From a virus: 58,395 bases of DNA. Position 1 is the stretch's first letter. The number at the start of each line of letters is the position of its first letter. Below are positions 53,632 to 58,395 of this stretch, in pieces. The notes beneath the pieces are model-generated. The model saw only the letters and a program-made list of their open reading frames with translations, was not told the origin of the DNA and made no database searches. The position numbers were made by a program, and so were the translations under genes. The stretch lies in IMG/VR virus record IMGVR_UViG_3300045988_082887, one strand, 5' to 3'.

Positions 53632-53665
53632 AAAAAGAAAAGCGGCAGACCCGAAAGCCTGCCGC
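53632..53665 (-). terminator. Rho-independent terminator
   Basis: Minus strand GCGGCAG-10 nt-CTGCCGC followed by TTTTCTTTTT. Confidence 0.75.
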
Positions 53666-53711
53666 TTCAATGCGTTTTCGTGAAAAAACGCACCCGATTG
53701 AGATTACAATA

Positions 53712-54005
53712 TCACACATCAAGCATTTTGTCAATGCTTTTGAGCCGGTAGCCTATCGCCGTCCGGCTGTAATGCATCTGCGCTGCAATGTCCGGCAGTG
53801 GAAGCCGCTCAACGTACCGCAGTAAGGCTATCTTACGGTCTACCCTCCCAAGCGGTGCGCTTTTGATGGCGGCGGTCATCTGCTGTCGGTCAAGCCCTTG
53901 CAGCGCAGCGGGCAGCACTACACGAGCCGCCGCCACAGGTAGCACCGAGCCAGAAAGGCTGTGGCAGATCTCCGGCGTTGCGCACCATATTGCCAATGCT
54001 GGCAA
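53712..54005 (-). CDS. Sigma-70 region-4-like HTH regulator (C-terminal part)
   Basis: RKIALLRYVERLPLPDIAAQMHYSRTAIGYRLKSIDKML. There is no good start or RBS in this frame. Confidence 0.55.
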   Translation of the reverse strand: MPALAIWCATPEICHSLSGSVLPVAAARVVLPAALQGLDRQQMTAAIKSAPLGRVDRKIALLRYVERLPLPDIAAQMHYSRTAIGYRLKSIDKMLDV

Positions 54006-54105
54006 AATGGTTGGGTCTCACGATTTTGTTAATGTCAACAAAATCGTGACATTTTGTCACCGTTTCGCCATAACCGGAAAAATGGTCGTATGTAGTGCTT
54101 GCCAT
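53890..54105 (-). CDS. ORF with a strong RBS that overlaps the regulator in another frame (possible N-terminal part of the same gene)
   Basis: AAGGAGGATATC precedes the ATG at 54105. The frame stops at 53890, inside the HTH ORF. Confidence 0.4.
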   Translation of the reverse strand: MASTTYDHFSGYGETVTKCHDFVDINKIVRPNHFASIGNMVRNAGDLPQPFWLGATCGGGSCSAARCAARA

Positions 54106-54115
54106 GATATCCTCC

Positions 54116-54454
54116 TTACTGCTTTTGCAGCGCCGCTTTCATGCGGTCAAAGAAAAACTGAATGACCGTGCCGATGGTCTCATCGGTGATGGCCCACGAG
54201 ATAAATCTGCCCCACTTGCTTGCGCTGAGGGCCGTGCGGAGCATCTGCGCCACCCACGCCTTGCGCTCTGCGCCGCGCTTTGTGCCCTGAATCTCGTGCT
54301 CTGCCTGCTCGATCAGGTCAAGCACAGTGCCCTTGACGGCCGCGCCATAGCCCAGCCGGATGCAGCCAAGTGCGTAGAAGATGAACCCGCCCAGCATAAG
54401 CACAAGGGCCACAGGGGCGGGAAGTGCGGTCAAAAGGTTATTGATTGTTGCCAT
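54116..54454 (-). CDS. Holin (LL-H-like)
   Basis: N-terminal TM segment and a charged C-terminus, adjacent to the endolysin. Confidence 0.55.
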   Translation of the reverse strand: MATINNLLTALPAPVALVLMLGGFIFYALGCIRLGYGAAVKGTVLDLIEQAEHEIQGTKRGAERKAWVAQMLRTALSASKWGRFISWAITDETIGTVIQFFFDRMKAALQKQ

Positions 54455-54457
54455 GTA

Positions 54458-54715
54458 TTACTCTCCTCTCTCTTTTTCAAGGTCTGCAATGCGGTGGTTT
54501 GCCACTTTCATCTGCTCTTCAAGCACCGGGATGCGCTGGGCGAAATTGTTGTGTGTCCGGACTTCCCGGGTCAGCTCTTCCAGCTTGGTTTCGGTCACAG
54601 CCTGCTGCTTGTCCAGTTTGGCATCCATGCTCTGGGCGGTGTGGTTGTTAGAGACGACCACGCCGATCAGGCTCAGACCGCCGGTGATAATGGCTACGAT
54701 GATTGCTTCACTCAT
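54458..54715 (-). CDS. Small TM + coiled-coil lysis-associated protein (XhlA-like)
   Basis: N-terminal TM segment; HNNFAQRIPVLEEQMKVANHRIADLE. Confidence 0.45.
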   Translation of the reverse strand: MSEAIIVAIITGGLSLIGVVVSNNHTAQSMDAKLDKQQAVTETKLEELTREVRTHNNFAQRIPVLEEQMKVANHRIADLEKERGE

Positions 54716-55497
54716 GCGCCCTCCCGAAGACGGGTCAGACCCTTCTTGCGGATGATACGGGGGTAGTTGACGGTGGTCACGTTGAGGTCAACGTTGCGGG
54801 AGATGCCCGGCACACGGCCCTCGCTGGTGTGCTGGTGAGCGTTGTAGTGATATCCAACGGCGGGAGTCTTGCCCGTGTAGTCGGCCAGCCAGATGTCCCA
54901 ACGGTTTGCCAGGCGGCCCATGTCTAGTTCCATGTTGGAGTAGTGGGTGTAGGTGTACAGCTGGGCGTAAAAGCCCATCTTTTCCACCTGTTCCAGCGCA
55001 TAGGCGGTGAGGTTGGTGAGGTCGAGGGTGCTCATTGGCTTGAGCTTGTTTTCCTCCACGTCCACCGCGATGGGCATGGTCAGCTCCTTGCCGTAGACCG
55101 CCTGCCGCACAAGGGCAAGCTCTGCATCGGCCATGGCCTCGCTGGTAGCGTAGGTGTAGTAGTACACGCCCACGTCCAGCCCGGCAGCCCGGGCGTTGCT
55201 GTAGTTGGTCTCAAAGGTCGGGTCGATGTACAGCCCGTCTGCCCGCTTGGAAAGCTTGCGGTTGGTGGAGACCGTCTTGAGCATCGCACCCTTGTAGCCT
55301 GCGGCCTTGACCTTTGCCCAGTCGATCGAGCCCTGATAGCGGCTCACGTCCACATAGCGGTAAGGCGGGTCGCCGTCCCAGCCGGTCACGGTGTCCACTG
55401 TGGACACGTCCGGTGCAGGGGCAGGCTTTTCTTTGTCGGCGTTGTCACCGGCAGCGTGGGAGAGCGCAGAAAAGATATCCCGCAGGAAATCAAGCAT
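54712..55497 (-). CDS. Endolysin, GH25 muramidase
   Basis: VDVSRYQGSIDWAKVKAAGYKG, GVYYYTYA, PIAVDVEE. The start is the ATG at 55497 (or 55512). Confidence 0.85.
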   Translation of the reverse strand: MLDFLRDIFSALSHAAGDNADKEKPAPAPDVSTVDTVTGWDGDPPYRYVDVSRYQGSIDWAKVKAAGYKGAMLKTVSTNRKLSKRADGLYIDPTFETNYSNARAAGLDVGVYYYTYATSEAMADAELALVRQAVYGKELTMPIAVDVEENKLKPMSTLDLTNLTAYALEQVEKMGFYAQLYTYTHYSNMELDMGRLANRWDIWLADYTGKTPAVGYHYNAHQHTSEGRVPGISRNVDLNVTTVNYPRIIRKKGLTRLREGA

Positions 55498-55633
55498 TAC
55501 TTTCCACCTCATAAAAACCCTCCTCCGTCAGCTTTTTCATTACGGCATCCTTGTACCGGTCAGGCACGTTGTCGATGGTAAAAGCGCCGTCAAAGCGGTG
55601 CAGCTTAATTTGGGTCACATAGAACAAAACCAT
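55490..55633 (-). CDS. 47-aa hypothetical protein, not in the ORF track
   Basis: AAGGAGG RBS 6 nt upstream. MVLFYVTQIKLHRFDGAFTIDNVPDRYKDAVMKKLTEEGF...; its stop overlaps the endolysin start. Confidence 0.5.
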   Translation of the reverse strand: MVLFYVTQIKLHRFDGAFTIDNVPDRYKDAVMKKLTEEGFYEVESNA

Positions 55634-55644
55634 AAGCATCCTCC

Positions 55645-56055
55645 TTACTGTGCGGCCAGCAGGTCAATCATAGCCGCTTCCAGAGCGGCAAGGCGCTCTT
55701 CTGCGGTGGGCAGCTGTGCCTTTTCCTCTGCTTCCTTGCGGGCCTTTTCCTGTGCAGCCAGCTCTTCGGCGGTGTACAGGATGTACCGCTGCACCGGCAC
55801 TTCCTCATCCCAGGCGGGCTGAGGGTCAACACCGGGCACGTCCACCACCTTGCGGACATCACGGCCTTTTTCGCGACCATCTGCGTCATAGTATATTGCA
55901 GGGGTTCCGTCCGGCAAGGTTTCGGTCTCGTAGTGGCTGACCTCCTCCACGCCCGCCACAGCATCGTGGTGGATGGTCTGGGTCTCGGGTTTGAGATAGC
56001 CTTTCGTCAGGTCGGGGGCTTCGATGGGATTGCCGTTGCTGTCGATGATTTTCAT
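55645..56055 (-). CDS. Hypothetical tail-associated protein
   Basis: 136-aa ORF between the fibre and lysis genes. Confidence 0.5.
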   Translation of the reverse strand: MKIIDSNGNPIEAPDLTKGYLKPETQTIHHDAVAGVEEVSHYETETLPDGTPAIYYDADGREKGRDVRKVVDVPGVDPQPAWDEEVPVQRYILYTAEELAAQEKARKEAEEKAQLPTAEERLAALEAAMIDLLAAQ

Positions 56056-56070
56056 AAGGTCTCCTTTCGG

Positions 56071-56976
56071 TTATTCCGCTCTGCGCCAAATATACGTTGC
56101 GGTGTAGGGCGGCATATTGTTGTGAGGTTGGCCAGTGCCACTAGAATTTGTTGCTAGATAACCCGCAGATTCATCTGCGGTACCGACTATCGATATATCA
56201 TTAATGAGGGTATGATATTGTGTTTGGAATTTAATTCCAACTGGATTTGAGGTTTTATAATACCATTTGTCGTTTCCAAGAGCGACAACTTCATGTGAGT
56301 GTGGGCCATTCTCTAGCTTTGTCAATGAATGCTTTGCTTCACCGCCCGTACTCCCTGCCGCATAGGTATCACCCGCAGCCAGGATAAAACAGTCTTTGAT
56401 CTGCTCCCACGTCCCGCCGATAAAGCTTGCCGGGGATGTGGGGTCGTCGCTGGCCCAGTACTTGATTCTGGCAAGGTCTTCTTCTCGCTGGGCGGCGAGA
56501 ATTTCTTTGATTTTGGCTTCCACCTCAGCCTTGCTGTAAAAAATCGCATTGCCGCTTTCATCCTGCACGGTGGATTTATCAGCTTTGCCTGCCAGCGCAT
56601 CACCGGTAGCCTTTGCGTCGGCAGGGGCGTTTTCAATGCTCAGGGTCTTATCGGTATTTGCTTTGGCCCCGGCCTCTTCCGAGTATTTCTTTGCATTGGC
56701 TTCACTGATTGCAGCGGCAGATGCACTGGATGCAGAAGCATCAGCGGATGCGGCAGATTCGCCAGCTTTTGTGGTTGCAATTCCGGCCTGTTCAGTGGCA
56801 GTAGCGGCAGAAGTAGAAGCCCCGTCTGCTTCTCGTTTTGCATTGGCTGCGCTTGTCTCTGCACTCTTTCGAGCCGCTTCGACTGCTTTAATCCAGTCCT
56901 CTTCTGTGCCAACATAGCCATACTTTACAGCAATGGCATAGGCGCTATAAGGGCCAATTTCGATTGTTTTGCTCAT
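56071..56976 (-). CDS. Tail fibre protein with a tail-collar domain
   Basis: GGEAKHSLTKLENGPHSH ... GTGQPHNNMPPYTATYIW. Confidence 0.7.
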   Translation of the reverse strand: MSKTIEIGPYSAYAIAVKYGYVGTEEDWIKAVEAARKSAETSAANAKREADGASTSAATATEQAGIATTKAGESAASADASASSASAAAISEANAKKYSEEAGAKANTDKTLSIENAPADAKATGDALAGKADKSTVQDESGNAIFYSKAEVEAKIKEILAAQREEDLARIKYWASDDPTSPASFIGGTWEQIKDCFILAAGDTYAAGSTGGEAKHSLTKLENGPHSHEVVALGNDKWYYKTSNPVGIKFQTQYHTLINDISIVGTADESAGYLATNSSGTGQPHNNMPPYTATYIWRRAE

Positions 56977-57401
56977 TCAAACGTCACCTCCAAAATTCCA
57001 GAGCCATTGTCTTGCATATTTATTTCGGTTAAGCTATCACTCTTGACCATATAAAGGATGCCGTTCTTCTGCTCGAAATCCATCCAGCCGCCTTTATTTG
57101 CACTCTGTTCTGCAAGACGGGCGCTTTCAGCAGACTTTTCGGCTTGCTTCTGAGATTCTTGCGCGGATGTTTCAGCATTTATTTCAGACCGTTTTGCGTT
57201 CAGTTCTGCTTTTTCGGCAGCAATTCTTGCAATGTCCGCACCTGCAACATCTGAAAGAGTGTTCAACGTTTCGGCATTCATAGGAGTGCCTTCAACGATT
57301 GGTTCGTCATTGCGGACAAGGGTGACGACTTCGGACGAGCCGTCCGGTTTAGTCATTGTCCATCGGTTTGGGTACTTCGCTTCTCGGTCAACAAAGTGCA
57401 T
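56973..57401 (-). CDS. Tail fibre-associated protein
   Basis: MHFVDREAKYPNRW N-terminus and a coiled coil. GGAGGTGA RBS. Confidence 0.5.
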   Translation of the reverse strand: MHFVDREAKYPNRWTMTKPDGSSEVVTLVRNDEPIVEGTPMNAETLNTLSDVAGADIARIAAEKAELNAKRSEINAETSAQESQKQAEKSAESARLAEQSANKGGWMDFEQKNGILYMVKSDSLTEINMQDNGSGILEVTFE

Positions 57402-57852
57402 AGTAAGGTTCACCTCCACAGACCGGCTCTGAGCAGTAGATTAGATGGTTGTTGGCTATCGTTTCGATATCAAGCAGAATTTCTTCGACCTGGTTGATAA
57501 TCGTATAGTGCAGATAATTGAGGGAAGCGGGAGTTTCGGGAGTATCGTTTTTGCCACTGCACAAAGAACGAATAGCTTTGATATTGGAAAGCCACCTGGA
57601 AGCATCTGCGACAGTCAGGTATCCGTTTACATCCCAGTCGGTTTTGACCGAAACAGGCGCATTCAGAATGGCCGCAATCTCTTGAATGCCGCTTTCAATG
57701 CGGTTGTAGTCCATGTAGCTTAGAGCGCCTTTCATGCCAGCGGCCCATTCTGCTTGCTCGTCTGATGACCATGTGCCTGAACGTCCCTTTTCTGAAATTT
57801 CAGAAACTCGGGATACATCTTTATAGGTTCTATCAGTAATCCATGTTGCCAC
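57388..57852 (-). CDS. Tail-associated hypothetical protein
   Basis: GTG start after GAGGTG; WITDRTYKD N-terminus. Confidence 0.5.
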   Translation of the reverse strand: MATWITDRTYKDVSRVSEISEKGRSGTWSSDEQAEWAAGMKGALSYMDYNRIESGIQEIAAILNAPVSVKTDWDVNGYLTVADASRWLSNIKAIRSLCSGKNDTPETPASLNYLHYTIINQVEEILLDIETIANNHLIYCSEPVCGGEPYYALC

Positions 57853-57863
57853 TATTATTCACC

Positions 57864-58340
57864 TCAAATCATCAGATTTCCATTTGTGTCAATCTCAAGA
57901 TTGTCAGGGAGAGTAAACGCAGGCCTAGCAAAAACGGATTCATTATTTGCCCATATGCTTCTGCTTGTCCCGCTGTAAGAGCAACAAACAACTCCGTGCT
58001 CTGCACGTTTCGCATCTTCTCCGCTCAAGCCATCAGAAGAAGCGTCTGTCAACGGACTTCTTGTCCAGCAAAGTTCTGTTTCACTATCCAAGATTTGCTG
58101 GGCCACAGGAAGTTTTCCACCGTTGTTCGGGTCTGCGTTATATGCATTGCCACCAATGCCGAGTTCTTTAGAAGTCAGGAGGAAAACGCTTTCAGCAACA
58201 CGAGCAGTAAAATCAAATATGCCACTTATTTTCTTTTGAAGAACAGTTTCACCTATCAAGTTCTTCATGGCATCGCTAAACAGATTTTTGTAATCATTGT
58301 TAAGCCAATTTCGAATTTCAGATGCTCCATCATCGTATCT
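57864..58340 (-). CDS. C-terminal 158 codons plus stop of the wrap-around tail-tip/receptor-binding protein (see 1..2403)
   Basis: In frame with 2403..1 through the junction (...EFVVP|RYDDGASEIRNWLN...). The C-terminal domain contains VFLLTSKELG and CWTRSP. Confidence 0.8.
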   Translation of the reverse strand, partial: RYDDGASEIRNWLNNDYKNLFSDAMKNLIGETVLQKKISGIFDFTARVAESVFLLTSKELGIGGNAYNADPNNGGKLPVAQQILDSETELCWTRSPLTDASSDGLSGEDAKRAEHGVVCCSYSGTSRSIWANNESVFARPAFTLPDNLEIDTNGNLMI

Positions 58341-58395
58341 AGGAACAACAAACTCTCCCTGCGGGGTACTTGTACCTTCTCCGTAGTGGTAGTTC
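58341..58395. repeat. Second copy of the 55-nt terminal overlap
   Basis: Identical to 1..55. Confidence 0.95.

Noticed and set aside
50772-55581. Alternative-frame and antisense ORFs over the lysis and Cys-rich region (for example 50772..51149, 50810..51238, 51231..52346, 52271..53119, 54095..54766, 54943..55581)
   Set aside because: They overlap better-supported genes (GH25 endolysin, holin, ORFs preceded by an RBS) and show biased Arg/Gly/His composition.

Overview
The window is a complete, circularly closed genome. Its first 55 nt are identical to its last 55 nt, so the unique length is 58,340 bp, and one 959-codon minus-strand tail gene reads in frame across that junction. The content is a temperate siphovirus-like phage that appears to be kept as a plasmid (a phage-plasmid). 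I found no integrase or att site. I did find a Rep_3-type initiator with 21-22 bp iterons, a ParA ATPase, an RHH protein and a small serine recombinase.

Minus-strand late region, in transcription order (19.3 kb down through position 1, across the junction, to 50.1 kb):
- serine recombinase island
- terL, interrupted by an intein
- a tRNA-like/structured RNA locus
- portal, scaffold, decoration protein and lambda-E-type capsid
- connector proteins and major tail protein
- G/GT chaperones with an A_AAA_AAC slippery site
- tape measure, Dit-like protein and the wrap-around tail-tip protein
- fibre genes, GH25 endolysin and holin
- a Cys-rich cassette of unknown function

Minus-strand early region (42.4 to 27.2 kb): cro-like regulator, Rha/antirepressor, HNH endonuclease, ERF, SSB, a disrupted and circularly permuted C5-methyltransferase, RecU-like resolvase, terS (about 16 kb from terL), SPFH protein, Lar, DnaD-like organizer, DnaB, RepA_N initiator, and an ATAGTCG iteron origin.

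Plus-strand accessory blocks:
- 19.6-25.9 kb: RHH regulators, a second Rha paralog, and a small-gene cassette under a palindrome-controlled promoter.
- 42.6-50.1 kb: cI-like repressor and the plasmid replication/partition module, including an AAA+ ATPase.

All functional calls come from motif recognition and synteny only; no database search was possible. A Bacillota (Clostridia-like) host is an inference from the protein families seen.
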